A stretch of 64,000 nucleotides of DNA from Lentisphaeria bacterium (GCA_041690595.1 JAWLHB010000011.1:124001-188000), one strand, 5' to 3'; shown: positions 30,625-42,200, counted from the first letter of the stretch. A program made the numbers and translations. The notes: generated by a model not told the origin, from the letters alone.

Positions 30625-33255
30625 ATGAGCGTGGAACGAGACGATGGCCAGGTGGAGATGAACGAGACGCGCATGATGCCGCCGGGAAGCCTGCCGGTGC
30701 AAAGTGCGTCGGACAGCGCCTTGGAACCGACCATGCCGGCGCCCGATGACGAGTGTGAAGACAAGGAGCTGCAACTGCCGGTCCTGCAGACGGGGTACGA
30801 GCGCTACTTGCGCTGGCGCTTGATCGGGAGCGGCGGCGTCGGCACGGTATCGAGCGCCTACGATCCCAATCTCGGCCGCCACGTGGCGGTGAAGGAGCTG
30901 CACTCGGAGAACCAGATCAAGTGCGCGCAGCGGGCGCGCTTCTTCCGAGAGGCGCGGGTGACGGCGCAGCTGCAGCATCCCAACATCATTCCCGTGCATG
31001 AGATGGGGACGACCCATGACGGGCATCCCTATTTTGCCATGAAGCGCGTGCAGGGGCTGTCGCTGAAGGATGTGCTGCAGGGGCTGCGGGAGAAAGACAG
31101 CCGCATGGAGGCCGACTATGGTCTGAACAAGCGGCTGGAGATATTCGTCGACATCTGCCAGGCGATCGCCTTTGCCCACAGTCGCGGGGCTATCCATCGC
31201 GATCTCAAGCCCGAGAACATTCTTCTGGGCGCCTTCGGTGAGACGCTGGTGACCGACTGGGGGCTGGTGAAGGTCATCAACCGCCCGGGCGAATCGGTGG
31301 AGGAAGGCGCGGCGGCATCGCCCGAGCATGTGGAGGCGGACGGTCAGACGCTCTCGTCGCTGGATGTAACCATGGAGGGAGTCGTCTCCGGTACGCCGCT
31401 CTACATGTCACCGGAGCAGGCGCAGGGGCAGGTTTCCCAGCTCGATGCGCGCAGCGATGTCTACAGCCTCGGAGCGATCCTGTACGAGCTGCTGACCCTG
31501 GAAAAGGCGCTGGAGGCGGGGACCCTGGAGGAGGTCTTCGAACGCGTGGCGCGGGGGGATATCACGCCGCCGCGCAAACGAACCCCTCACCTGCCGATCC
31601 CGTGCGATCTGAGCGCCATCTGCATGAAGTGTCTGAAGTTGAGGCGCGAGGATCGCTATGACTCCGTGACGGATCTGCTGGCGGATCTTCGCCGCTATCA
31701 GCAGGGCATGCCAGTCCTGGCCCGGCCGTATGGCATAGTCGAGAAGAGCTGGAAGTTCTGCCGGCGCCACCTGGTGCTGAGCAGCACGATCGCGGGGATC
31801 CTGATCGTCTGCCTGGCTGGTCTCGCGGTCATTGCCGGCGTCTCCTGGCGGCGCTACGATTCCTTGCTCAAGCTCGCTGACAACAATCGCCAGGAAGGCA
31901 ATGCCCACTATCGAGAGATGTTTGCGCTGTCGCGGCAGGTGGAGGAGATGCGCCAGGCGCGAACGACGGAGTCCATGAACGAAGAAGAAGCCAAGCTCCG
32001 CGACCGCCTGCATGGGCTGACCAGCCGGGCGGAAAACAGCTACAGCACCGCGGTCATGCTCTATGTCTTTGCCGCTCACAACAAGCGGGACAAGCGGGTC
32101 AATGAGGCGATGCTGGAGATCTTTCGCAACCGTCTGGAATATGCCATCGAGACCGGCGACTACGCCCAGGGACGCCAGTGGCTCGACCTGCTCGGCAGCT
32201 GGATCGGCCCACGTTACCAGCAGGCGAGGGAGGAGAGCCAGGCGACCCTGCTCGACCTCGAGGTCCGCCTCCTCGGCCGTGGCAGGCTGACCATCGGCTC
32301 GGTGCCCCCGGCGGCCAACGTGCGCATGCAGAACCTGGATTCGCTGCGGCGCGATGGCAGCGGCAGTTTCGTCGACCTCGGTCCCGCGCCCGTCAAGACG
32401 TTCGACATACCGAAGGGGCGTTTCCTGCTGACATTGGAAGCGCCGGAGCGCCCGACCGTGCGCCAACCGGTGCTGATCGGCCATGGAGAAAACGTCGCGG
32501 TGACGGTGAAGCTGCCGAAGGCGATTCCGGAGGAGACGGTCTACGTGCCCGGCGGGGCCTTCCTCGTCGGTGGCGAGTATGCGCGCAATGAACGGCTTCA
32601 CGAGGCGACTACGGAGGCCTTCTTCATCGCCAGGCACGAAGTCACCTTTGGCGAGTATCTGCGCTTCTGGCGCGAGGAAGCGTCGCCGGGAGAAGACGAT
32701 CCGCTGATGAGTCGCGTGCAGTTCAGCCATCAGGATCGGCGCTTCCATGATGCCTGGGATCGTGAAGGACGTCCGCGGGAGCCGCTTCAGCCGGAGTTGC
32801 CGGTGGTGGGGATCACCCGGGAAGCCGCGGAACGCTTCTGTGAATGGAAGAGCCGCGAGCTGGGACGGCTATGTCGCCTGCCGACCGCGCAGGAATGGGA
32901 AAAGGCCGCGCGCGGGGTCGATGGCCGTGCCTTCCCGTGGGGAAACGACTATGACCCCGCCTATGCATTCACCGTCGACAACGTGCAGGCGAGGCGAATC
33001 TGGCCACTCTTTGCCGTGCCCGGAGCTTTTCCCCACGATGTCTCGCTCTACGGCGCCATGGACATGGGCGGCAACGTGCGCGAATGGACCTCCAGCCGCT
33101 TTCCCGACGAAAGCCCCTTCTACCAGATCAAGGGCGCCAGCGCTTCGACCACCAAACGCTTTCTCTATTCCGCCTACAGCAGCGAAACCCCCGTGGTTCC
33201 GACCGATGTCGGCTTTCGCTGGATGATGCCCTACCTGCCCGAACTCGATGACTAG
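30625..33255 (+). CDS. Membrane Ser/Thr protein kinase with PEGA-like and C-terminal FGE-sulfatase-like domain
   Basis: GSGGVG, VAVK, HRDLKPEN, DWG, GTPLYMSPEQ; one TM; VPGGAF, HEVT, RLPTAQEWEKAARG, DMGGNVREW, VGFR. Confidence 0.9.
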   Translation: MSVERDDGQVEMNETRMMPPGSLPVQSASDSALEPTMPAPDDECEDKELQLPVLQTGYERYLRWRLIGSGGVGTVSSAYDPNLGRHVAVKELHSENQIKCAQRARFFREARVTAQLQHPNIIPVHEMGTTHDGHPYFAMKRVQGLSLKDVLQGLREKDSRMEADYGLNKRLEIFVDICQAIAFAHSRGAIHRDLKPENILLGAFGETLVTDWGLVKVINRPGESVEEGAAASPEHVEADGQTLSSLDVTMEGVVSGTPLYMSPEQAQGQVSQLDARSDVYSLGAILYELLTLEKALEAGTLEEVFERVARGDITPPRKRTPHLPIPCDLSAICMKCLKLRREDRYDSVTDLLADLRRYQQGMPVLARPYGIVEKSWKFCRRHLVLSSTIAGILIVCLAGLAVIAGVSWRRYDSLLKLADNNRQEGNAHYREMFALSRQVEEMRQARTTESMNEEEAKLRDRLHGLTSRAENSYSTAVMLYVFAAHNKRDKRVNEAMLEIFRNRLEYAIETGDYAQGRQWLDLLGSWIGPRYQQAREESQATLLDLEVRLLGRGRLTIGSVPPAANVRMQNLDSLRRDGSGSFVDLGPAPVKTFDIPKGRFLLTLEAPERPTVRQPVLIGHGENVAVTVKLPKAIPEETVYVPGGAFLVGGEYARNERLHEATTEAFFIARHEVTFGEYLRFWREEASPGEDDPLMSRVQFSHQDRRFHDAWDREGRPREPLQPELPVVGITREAAERFCEWKSRELGRLCRLPTAQEWEKAARGVDGRAFPWGNDYDPAYAFTVDNVQARRIWPLFAVPGAFPHDVSLYGAMDMGGNVREWTSSRFPDESPFYQIKGASASTTKRFLYSAYSSETPVVPTDVGFRWMMPYLPELDD

Positions 33256-33265
33256 AGGCTGACAC

Positions 33266-34492
33266 ATGCTCTGCTCCCTTCTTGACCGACAGGTTTTCGT
33301 GAAATCGCCGCGCTCCGGCGTCGCCGTTCATGGCGCCAGCTATTACACCAACCGCGATGAGCCGTGGCTCGTCTCCTCCCATGCTTATGAAAGCCGCAGC
33401 GACACCTGCGACGTGGCCTTCCTCCGCTATTCGCGCGACAATGGGCGGTCCTGGCAATACCAGCGGGAGTGGGCGGCGGAGTTCCAGGCCGAGGGTGGAA
33501 CGGGACGTCGACATCTGCGCGGCTTCTACACCGATCCGCTCAGCGGCCGCTGCCTGATCTTCTGGACCGAAGGGGTCCTGCCGTCGGATGATCCGCTGGA
33601 GGGCCTTCGTCAGTGGAAGGTGCATTACGGAGTGCTGGCGCCGGACGGGCGGTCGCTGCTGCACACCGAGCAGATTGTGCACGATGGGACAACCTATTCG
33701 GAGCGGCATCCCCTCCCCGGCGTCACGATCGGGCGCAACTGCGTCATGATGGGAGATCTCGGCGAGCGTCCGCTGACGCGGAGCGACGGCACCATCCTGC
33801 TACCCGTCCAGAGCAGTCCGACCGGGCGTGATGGGTACTATGCCAATCCCGGCAAGGGGTTCACCTATACCGACGCCCTCCTGCTCATGGGGCGGTGGCG
33901 GGAGGATGGGCGGCTGGCGTGGACGGCATCGGAGCGGATTGTGGGCGATCCCGAGCGCTCGACACGCGGCATGATCGAGCCGACGCTGGCGGAATTGCCC
34001 GACGGGCGGCTGCTGGTCGTCATGCGGGGCAGCAACGACGCGGAGCCGGAGCTTCCCGGCTATCGGTGGTACGCCCTCTCCCACGATGGCGGTGCCACCT
34101 GGTCAGAGCCGGCGCCGTGGCGGTACCATGATGGCCAAAGCTTCTTCTCGCCCAGCTCATGTTCCCAGTTGCTGCCGTGGCGGGATGGGCGCCTCTTCTG
34201 GGTCGGGAATCTGTGCGGCGAGAATCCGCGCGGTAATTCTCCCCGCTATCCGCTGGTGCTCGCCGAGGTGGACCCCCGTTCCGGGATGCTGGTCCGCGGC
34301 TCAGTCTCGATCCTGGACGATCGCCGGTCGGACGAAAGCCCCCGCTTGACCCTCTCCAACTTCTACGTGCGCGAGGATCGTGAGAGCGGCCATCTCCTTC
34401 TGCACATGACCCGGCTCTTTGCCAATCAGCAGCCGGACGCGCCGACGGACTGGACGGCCGACGCCATGCAGTACCGCTACGTCATCTCGTGA
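33266..34492 (+). CDS. Sialidase/BNR Asp-box beta-propeller protein
   Basis: Asp boxes SRDNGRSW and SHDGGATW, EPTLAELPDGRLLVVMR, PRYPL. Confidence 0.75.
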   Translation: MLCSLLDRQVFVKSPRSGVAVHGASYYTNRDEPWLVSSHAYESRSDTCDVAFLRYSRDNGRSWQYQREWAAEFQAEGGTGRRHLRGFYTDPLSGRCLIFWTEGVLPSDDPLEGLRQWKVHYGVLAPDGRSLLHTEQIVHDGTTYSERHPLPGVTIGRNCVMMGDLGERPLTRSDGTILLPVQSSPTGRDGYYANPGKGFTYTDALLLMGRWREDGRLAWTASERIVGDPERSTRGMIEPTLAELPDGRLLVVMRGSNDAEPELPGYRWYALSHDGGATWSEPAPWRYHDGQSFFSPSSCSQLLPWRDGRLFWVGNLCGENPRGNSPRYPLVLAEVDPRSGMLVRGSVSILDDRRSDESPRLTLSNFYVREDRESGHLLLHMTRLFANQQPDAPTDWTADAMQYRYVIS

Positions 34493-34582
34493 TGGGGCAG
34501 CGGCACGCGGCTGACCCGCTTCATACTATTATCCGTCAGAACCTTGTTTTCCGTGTAGGGGAATCCGAACCGGACGGATTTA

Positions 34583-34715
34583 ACCACGAAGTTCACGAAG
34601 ATTACGAAGTAGGTTGATAGGCTGTAGAAATGATGTCAGGTAATTGGCGATAAAGTCAATAAATGTCATAATCATTACTTATCAGCATCTTCGTGCTCTT
34701 CGTGTTCTTCGTGGT
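34583..34715. repeat. 27-bp imperfect inverted repeats built from 9-bp ACGAAG units around an AT-rich core
   Basis: accacgaagttcacgaagattacgaag (34583-34609) vs cttcgtgctcttcgtgttcttcgtggt (34689-34715). Confidence 0.8.
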
Positions 34716-34914
34716 GATCATAATCGCGTCAATTGTTAAATTATGTGAAGTTTCGCCCCTGAGACCAGAAAGCTTTGGTTGCGGCCAGGGGCCGCCTCGC
34801 GCTCCTCTCCCTTCTCATGCGGTTCGCAAATATCGCGGTGCGGTGTACTGTACCGCTTTTCGGCTCATTGGCGATTCAGCGGCGTAACAGCAGACGACAC
34901 AGTCGAGGGACAAC

Positions 34915-36219
34915 ATGCGAGAGATACGGGTCGGGTTGATCGGTTTCGGTACCGTCGGGAGTGGAGTCGTGAAGTGTCTCCACAACAATGGCAAGCTGAT
35001 AGGCGCGCGCTCCGGCGTGCAGCCCGTCATTCACAAGATTGCGGATCTCGACATCGTTACCGATCGCGGCGTACCGATCGACAAGAGCCTCCTGACGACG
35101 AACGTCAGCGACGTGCTCGATAATCCCGATATCGACGTGGTGGTCGAGCTGGTCGGGGGGACCACCATCGCCAAGGATTTCGTCCTGCGGGCGCTGAAGA
35201 ACGGCAAGCCCGTCGTCACCGCCAACAAGGCCCTCCTCGCCTATCACGGCGACGAGATCTTCGCCGCGGCCAACGAAAGCGGGGCGGACATCTACTATGA
35301 AGCCAGCGTGGCCGGGGGAATACCCATCATCAAGGCCCTGCGCGAGGGATTGGCCGCCAATCACATCCGCGCCATCTACGGCATCCTCAACGGCACCTGC
35401 AACTACATTCTCACCCGCATGGAGCGCGAGGGGCTCAGCTTCCAGCCCGTTCTCGACGATGCACAGGCCCTCGGCTATGCCGAGGCCGAGCCCTCCCTCG
35501 ATATCGACGGCGACGACACCGCCCACAAAACCACCATTCTCGCCTCCCTCGCCTATGGCGAATGGTTCGGCATGAAGCCCCTCTTTATCGAGGGAATCCG
35601 CCATCTCGACTTGGTCGACCTCCGCTATGCGGCGGAAGCCGGCTACAAGATCAAGCTGCTGGGGATCATCAAACTTGCCGGCAACAACGGCACCATCGAG
35701 ATGCGCGTTCACCCGACGCTCATCCCGACAGGCTCCATGCTGGCCAACGTCAGCGAAGTCTTCAATGCCGTCTATGTGAAGGGCGACGTGGTGGGAGACA
35801 CCATGTTCTACGGACGCGGCGCCGGCATGGACGCCACCGCCAGCGCCGTGGTGGCCGACCTCGTCGATGTGGGCCTCAACCTCACCTTCGAATCGCCGCA
35901 GCGCGTCTCCGCTTTCCGCCCGCACGGCACCTACAGCGATGTCGTAGATATGGAAGACATCGACTGCCGCTACTATGTGCGGCTTGAGGTGCTGGACGAG
36001 CCGCGGGTGCTGGGGCGCATCGCCGACATTCTCGGCAATGGCGGGATCAGCATCGCCAGCGTCACCCAGGAAGAGGCGAAGCCCGGAACCGATTCCTTGC
36101 CGATTATCCTCATCACCCATCAGGCGAAGGAACGCAGCATTCGCCGGGCGCTGACGGAGATCAGCCAGTTGGATGTGGTCAGGGGCACCCCCGTGATGTT
36201 GCGCATCGAGGATATCTGA
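34915..36219 (+). CDS. hom: Homoserine dehydrogenase with C-terminal ACT domain
   Basis: GFGTVGSG, VVTANKA, YEASVAGGIP, GILNGTCNYIL, GYAEAEP, GRGAG, ACT domain. Confidence 0.97.
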   Translation: MREIRVGLIGFGTVGSGVVKCLHNNGKLIGARSGVQPVIHKIADLDIVTDRGVPIDKSLLTTNVSDVLDNPDIDVVVELVGGTTIAKDFVLRALKNGKPVVTANKALLAYHGDEIFAAANESGADIYYEASVAGGIPIIKALREGLAANHIRAIYGILNGTCNYILTRMEREGLSFQPVLDDAQALGYAEAEPSLDIDGDDTAHKTTILASLAYGEWFGMKPLFIEGIRHLDLVDLRYAAEAGYKIKLLGIIKLAGNNGTIEMRVHPTLIPTGSMLANVSEVFNAVYVKGDVVGDTMFYGRGAGMDATASAVVADLVDVGLNLTFESPQRVSAFRPHGTYSDVVDMEDIDCRYYVRLEVLDEPRVLGRIADILGNGGISIASVTQEEAKPGTDSLPIILITHQAKERSIRRALTEISQLDVVRGTPVMLRIEDI

Positions 36220-36226
36220 TCGGGCA

Positions 36227-37390
36227 CTACCAATCGCTGACCGCCCCATCGGGACGGAAGAGTATCGGCGTCCCGGCCACGATACGTGGATGCTGTCTTA
36301 CCATTTCCATATCCAGCTCAACACCCCAACCGGGCTTGGACGGCACGTTGAGATAACCGTCCTTGACCTGCAAGGGTTCGGTGATGACTTCATTCCGCCA
36401 GTCGTTGAGAAAGAGGCGTTCCTGAATCAGGAAATTGGGGCAGACGGCATCCAGGTGCAGGGAGATCGCGGTGATGACCGGACTCATGGGACAATGAGGA
36501 GCAATGAAGCCGTCGAATGCCTCCGCCAGATGCGCCACTTTGAGCCCTTCGCCAAGTCCATGACAATGCGCCAGATCGGGCTGGGCAATGGCGATCGCGC
36601 GTTTCTCGAACAACCGTCGGAATTCCTGGAGGCGCGTCAGCCGCTCGCCGGCGGCAATGGGAATATTCACTCTTGCCGCCACCAACGCCATGCCTTCCTC
36701 ATCTTCCGGTTGAACCGGTTCCTCGAAAAACAGGATGTTCAAGTCTTCCAGCGCTTTCCCAATTTGGATTGCCAACTGGGCGTCGTAGCGACCGTGACCA
36801 TCGAAGAGGAGCGCGGCATCCGGGCCAACCGCGTCACGGATGGCTTCCGCCATGCGGCGAATCTTATGCGTGGTGGCGTGATCGCGCACTGGCCAGGTCG
36901 GGATCGCCAGGCTGAATTTGAACGCCTGATAGCCAAGTTCGAGCGCTTCCACGGCCTTCTCCTTGACCAATGCCGGATCGGTAGCGCCGCCGGTCCAGCC
37001 GTTGGCGTACACGCGAATCCTGTCGCGCACCGCGCCTCCCAGCAGTTTGTAGACTGGTACGCCCTGCGCCTTGCCGATGATGTCCCAGCAAGCAAGCTCA
37101 ACGCCGGAAATGGCGGAGGCCTTGACCACCCCCCCTTTCCAGAAGCGTTGACGCATCAAGGTTTGCGAGAGGAAGGCCACTTGGCGCGGATCGCTTCCGA
37201 TTATCAGCTCTTCAAGATCCCGTAACGAGCCGATGATGGAATGATCGTGACTTTCCAGCGTGGCTTCCCCAAGGCCGGTAATGCCGGCATCCGTGTGAAG
37301 GAGGATGTAAAAGTAATTGCGGTTGGACAACAAGCCGCAGCCCGGTGTCGGCGCTCCGACCAGAATCGTCTCAATACGGGTGATCTTCAT
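36227..37390 (-). CDS. Mandelate racemase/enolase-superfamily sugar-acid dehydratase (DgoD-like)
   Basis: TDAGITGLGE, AISGVELACWDIIGK, DGHGR, FEEP, AGER, PHCP; start MKIT at 37390. Confidence 0.85.
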   Translation of the reverse strand: MKITRIETILVGAPTPGCGLLSNRNYFYILLHTDAGITGLGEATLESHDHSIIGSLRDLEELIIGSDPRQVAFLSQTLMRQRFWKGGVVKASAISGVELACWDIIGKAQGVPVYKLLGGAVRDRIRVYANGWTGGATDPALVKEKAVEALELGYQAFKFSLAIPTWPVRDHATTHKIRRMAEAIRDAVGPDAALLFDGHGRYDAQLAIQIGKALEDLNILFFEEPVQPEDEEGMALVAARVNIPIAAGERLTRLQEFRRLFEKRAIAIAQPDLAHCHGLGEGLKVAHLAEAFDGFIAPHCPMSPVITAISLHLDAVCPNFLIQERLFLNDWRNEVITEPLQVKDGYLNVPSKPGWGVELDMEMVRQHPRIVAGTPILFRPDGAVSDW

Positions 37391-37694
37391 GACGCGTCTT
37401 CTCCCCTTGTCTTGATTACACCGGCCGACCGCCGGCACTGCCGAGGAAGTTTTTGCCGAGGGAAAACCCTGGAGGACTGGCCGGGAAGGAACGGCAGAGT
37501 CTATCTCACACAAAGGGGAATGCAAGTTCCATGCGATCATGCCGAAGTACCGTCAGATGGTGTTTTACGGCAGGAGCCGAAAGCGAGCTGGCGAGCTTTG
37601 CCATCGAAGGACGCGCGCGGCAGTGGACCACATCTTTACGTCTGCGGGCCTCGTCAATGCCGCGGCGGAGCTTTGCCCTGACCACAACCATCTT

Positions 37695-37895
37695 TCCGTT
37701 TGTTTTTTTGTTTTTTATGTCGGATTGGTATATATATTTCTGGGTTTGTATATTAGTATAATTGCAGGGATAATTATAAAACTGGATAAATACGGGCTGA
37801 ACGCTTGGATATTTCGGTAGGAACCGACATGCGGCGTACAATTCCAATATAAAGGGCATAAAGATCTGGACAGAGGGGGATTCGCTATAAAGTCC
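37695..37895. promoter_or_regulatory. AT-rich divergent promoter region
   Basis: T-runs and TATAAT (37757-37762) in an otherwise GC-rich context, between divergent genes. Confidence 0.45.
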
Positions 37896-37936
37896 GAATG
37901 AGTATGTTGTCCGACTTAACCGCGGGAGTTCACCCC

Positions 37937-39070
37937 ATGTGTGAAACCATGAATGAAATCGAGGTACTGCGTGAGAGCGAACGGCGATTCCGCTCTCTGG
38001 CCGACGATCTGCCGCTGATACTGTGGCTTCAGGATGAGGAGGGGCGCCAGCAGTTGGTCAACAACACCTTCTGTGAATATTTCGGGGTGGATCGGGAAGG
38101 TGGCCTGGGTGAGCGCTGGCGATGCCTGGTTCATCCGGATGATGAACCTGCCTACGTGGGGGCCTTCTACGAGAGCGTACGTAACCGTGCCCCCTTCCAT
38201 GCGGAGGTGCGGGTGCGGCGGGCTGACGGGGAGTGGCGTTGGCTCGAATCGTGGGGGCGTCCACGCTTCGACGAGGATGGCAACTATCTGGGCCATGCCG
38301 GCGCCAGTGTCGACATCACGCTGCGCAAGCAGATGGAGGAGGATCTCGTAAAGCATCGCGATGCCCTGAAGGAGCGGGTATCCCAGCGCACGAAGGAGCT
38401 GGAGCGGCAGAATCAACGGTTGCGTCAACTGGCCCACCAGCTCTCGCAGGCGGAACACCGGGATCGCTGCAAGTTTGCCCAGGGCCTGCACGATGGTCTG
38501 CAGCAGATTCTCATTGCCGCCAAGATACAGCTATCCCTCTGCAACGGCGACCGGGTGGAGCGCACCGTGCTCCACTTGCGTGAGCTCCTGGAGGAGGCTA
38601 TCCAGGCATCCCGTACTCTTTCGTACGAGCTTTGCCCCCCCACGCTGGAGAATTCACCGCTTCCGGAAGCTCTCAAGTGGCTGGCCTCGTGGTTTGAGAC
38701 GCATCACGACTTCGACGTCGTGCTGTGCGTCGAGGAAGGCTTTCCGGAGTTCTCCAACGATGACAAAGTCTTCCTCTTCAGCGCGGTGCGTGAGCTGCTG
38801 CTCAATGCCGTCAAGTACTCCGGCTGCAAAGCGGCGCGGGTGGAATGTCGGCGGGCGGAACCCTCGATCGCGGAGGTGATCGTCTCGGATTGCGGCCATG
38901 GCTTTGACCCGCGGGTGTTGATCGCGAAGCAGGACCTTGGCAGTTTCGGCCTCTTGTCCGTGCAGGAGCGTCTCGTGGCGCTTGGCGGCCAGTTGGAGAT
39001 CACGTCGCATCCGGGCGAAGGTGCCCTTTTCCGGCTGCTCCTTCCGGTTGAACCGCTTCACGCGACATGA
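37937..39070 (+). CDS. Soluble PAS-domain histidine kinase (HisKA_3 type)
   Basis: PAS/PAC (VHPDD, RRADGEWRW), LHDGLQQ, RELLLNAVK, SDCGHGFD; start uncertain (37898/37937/37949). Confidence 0.9.
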   Translation: MCETMNEIEVLRESERRFRSLADDLPLILWLQDEEGRQQLVNNTFCEYFGVDREGGLGERWRCLVHPDDEPAYVGAFYESVRNRAPFHAEVRVRRADGEWRWLESWGRPRFDEDGNYLGHAGASVDITLRKQMEEDLVKHRDALKERVSQRTKELERQNQRLRQLAHQLSQAEHRDRCKFAQGLHDGLQQILIAAKIQLSLCNGDRVERTVLHLRELLEEAIQASRTLSYELCPPTLENSPLPEALKWLASWFETHHDFDVVLCVEEGFPEFSNDDKVFLFSAVRELLLNAVKYSGCKAARVECRRAEPSIAEVIVSDCGHGFDPRVLIAKQDLGSFGLLSVQERLVALGGQLEITSHPGEGALFRLLLPVEPLHAT

Positions 39071-39223
39071 ACGACAGCAACTCCGACCCCGCCAATTGGC
39101 CGGCCAGGCAGCTTTCCGTTTGCCAGTGAAGGCAAAATGATAGTACGTTGTCCTCAGGTATCATTGACCGTCAGCCAAGGGGGATGCCGGTGATGAAGAT
39201 GCTTAATCGTTCAGGACAACCGC

Positions 39224-42200
39224 ATGACGAGATCCGATCACTCCAGAGAGAATGAGGAAGAGCACGCGCCCATCGCGCGTCACGCAAGGCTTGTCGATCA
39301 GGGGGCGGAGTTGCAGGTCGTGATCGAGAATGCGCCGGTTGGCATCGGGGTGACCGACAGGGAAGGGCGCTGCCTCTTCCTCAATGACGCCGGCCTGCGC
39401 ATGCACGGTTGCGCCTCCATGGATGAATTGCTCGACCTGCTTGAGCGGTATCAGGAAGCTTTCGAGCTGCGGTACACGGATGGTCGCCTCATGCCGCACG
39501 ACGAATGGCCGCTGGCGAAGGCGTTGCGGGGTGAGCTTGTCCACGACTACTCCGTCCTCCTGCGGCGGCTGCCCGACGGTGATGAGCGCACCATCACGTA
39601 CAGCTCCATGCTGCTGCCAACACGCAGCGAATCCACGGAACTCCTCGCCTTCCTGATGCACGACCTCACCGAGCAGAAGCGGATCGAGGAGCGGCTGAAA
39701 CGGACGTTGGCGCAATCGGAAGCTATCTACAATCACATGACCGAAGGACTGGTCATCTTCGATCCGGATGGTAACCTGGTGGATATGAATCCCGCGTCCC
39801 TCGCCATTCACGGCCTGGATTCCGTTGCCGACCTGCGGCGTCATCTCGATACCCTCACCGATTTCTTCGAGATCAGAGATCTGGATGACAAGCTGCTGCC
39901 GACGGAAGAATGGCCCATCGGGCGCGTCCTGCGCGGCGAGATTTTCGACCGGTACGAGGTGAAGGTGCGGCGACTCGATACGGGGAGAAGTTGGATAGGC
40001 TCCTATGGCGGCACCCCGGTTCACGACGACCAGGGCAGGCTGCTGCTGGCGATCGTGACGCTGCGGGATGTGACGGAGCAGAAGAAGGCTGAAGAGCAGT
40101 TGATGAGCACCACCAGGCGGCTCGAAACCACCCTCACCGCGACGGAAGTCGGCACCTGGCATTGGGATATTGTCGGCAACACCATCATCGGTGACCGCAA
40201 CCTCGTGCGCCTCTTTGACCTGGATGACGAAGAGATGGCGGCCACCGTCGACAACTATCTGGAGCAGATTGTCGAGGAGGATCGCGAGCGTGTGCGCGGT
40301 GCCATCAATCAGGTTCTGGCGAACGGCGGCCCCTTCGAAGAGGAATATCGGGTGCGCCTGGGCGGCGGCCGGATCCGCTGGCTGCATGCGCGTGGCGCGG
40401 TGGAGCTGGATGATGAAGGTGAGGCGGTCGCCTTTCCGGGGGTCGCCATCGATATCACCGCACGCAAGCGGGTGGAACGCGAGCGCGACCGCTTTTTCGA
40501 GCTGTCGCTGGACATGCTGGGCATCGCCTCGCTGCGCGATGAGAGCTGGAAGCGAGTCAATCCCGCCTTCAGCTCCACGCTCGGCTGGACACGGGACGAG
40601 CTGCTCCGGATGCAGATCTTTTCACTCGTTCATCCCGATGATGTGGCCATGTCGCGGCAGATGATCGTGGAGCTGAATGCGGGCAAGCCGCTGGCAAAGT
40701 TTGAGCATCGCATGCGCTGCAAGGATGGCAGCTACCGCTGGATTGCCTGGAATACCGCTCCCTATCGCGCCGAAGATCTGCTCTATTGCGTGGGACGCGA
40801 CACCACCCAGCAGCGGGAAGCCGAAGAGAAGCTCCGCCAGAGCGAAGCGACCCTCAACGCCGTCCTCGACGCCCTGCCCGTCGGCGTGGTCATCACCGAT
40901 GTCAACGGCGCCGTCATCCGCGACAATGAGGCGCATCGCAAGCTGTGGGGAATGCCGCCGCGGACGGAGAGCATCGCCCAGTTCGACCAGTGGGAAGGCT
41001 ATTGGCCGGAGTCTCACCAGCGCATCGAGGTTCACGAATGGGCCATGGCGCGCGCCCTGCTCAATGGCGAGGTCACCGTTGGTGAGCTCATCGAGTGCAA
41101 GCGCTTCGACAGCGGTGAACGCCGCTTCTTGCTGAACAATGCCGCTCCCGTACGCGACAGCAATGGCCAGATCATCGCCGGTGTTGCCGCCGAACTGGAC
41201 GTGACCGAACGGCGCCAGGCCGAGCAGGCCCTTGAAGAGGCTCACGAAGACCTTGAAAAGCGGGTCGCGGAACGGACCATCGAGCTGGAGCGCCAGAACC
41301 AGAAGCTGCGCCGCCTCGCCAATCAGCTTACCCAGGCGGAGCACGTGGAACGCCAGCGCCTCGGCCGCAATCTGCACGACGGTCTCCAGCAACTGCTGGT
41401 TGCGGCAAAGATGCAGTTGTCCCTCTGTCGAGGCGACCGCACCGCCCGCTCCATCGAGGCCCTTGGGCGCCTGCTGGACGAGTCGATCAGCGCCTCCCGG
41501 TCGCTTTCTTATGAGCTGAGCCCGCCGGCTCTCCATTATTCGTCCCTCTCCGAGGCCCTGGAGTGGCTGACGCGGTGGTTCCGCGAAAATCATCATTTCC
41601 AGGTTCAGTTGCGGGTGGACGAATCCCTTCCAAACGTGCCGTACCACGACAAGATCTTCCTTTTCAACGCGATCCGGGAGCTGCTGCTCAACGCAGTTAA
41701 GCATTCCGGGGCAAACACCGCGACGGTGAACCTCTATTGCAAGACGCCCGATGAGCTGCGGGTCGATGTCTCCGATCAGGGGCATGGCTTCGACGCCGGC
41801 AAACTGGTGGAGTCGCTCGACGCCGGTGGCTTCGGCCTCTTCAGCATCCGCGAGCGTCTGCAAGCCCTTGGCGGCGACTTCACGCTGGATTCCAAGCCTG
41901 GGGTGGGAACGACCATTATCCTCAGCCTCCCTCTGCTCCAGATCGAAGACCAGGAAGAGCCGACCAGCGAAGCGGTCGCCGCGACCGCCAGCGAGTCGCC
42001 ACTGGAGCGTCACGTGCGGAAGGATCGCACCCTGCGCGTCGTCATTGCCGACGACCACGTCATCTTCCGCGAGGGGCTGATCGCCCTCCTCGAGCGTGAG
42101 AGAGATCTGGTCCTGGTGGGCGAGGCGAAGGATGGGGTGGAAGCGATCGAGCGGGCCGACGAGCTTCGCCCCCACGTCATCCTCATGGATGTGGACATGC

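Noticed and set aside
33100..33255. FGE-type C-terminus as a diversity-generating retroelement target
   Set aside because: No reverse transcriptase and no template-repeat copy seen in the window
37400..37700. Possible riboswitch or ncRNA upstream of the dehydratase
   Set aside because: No recognisable conserved motif by eye; would need an Rfam scan
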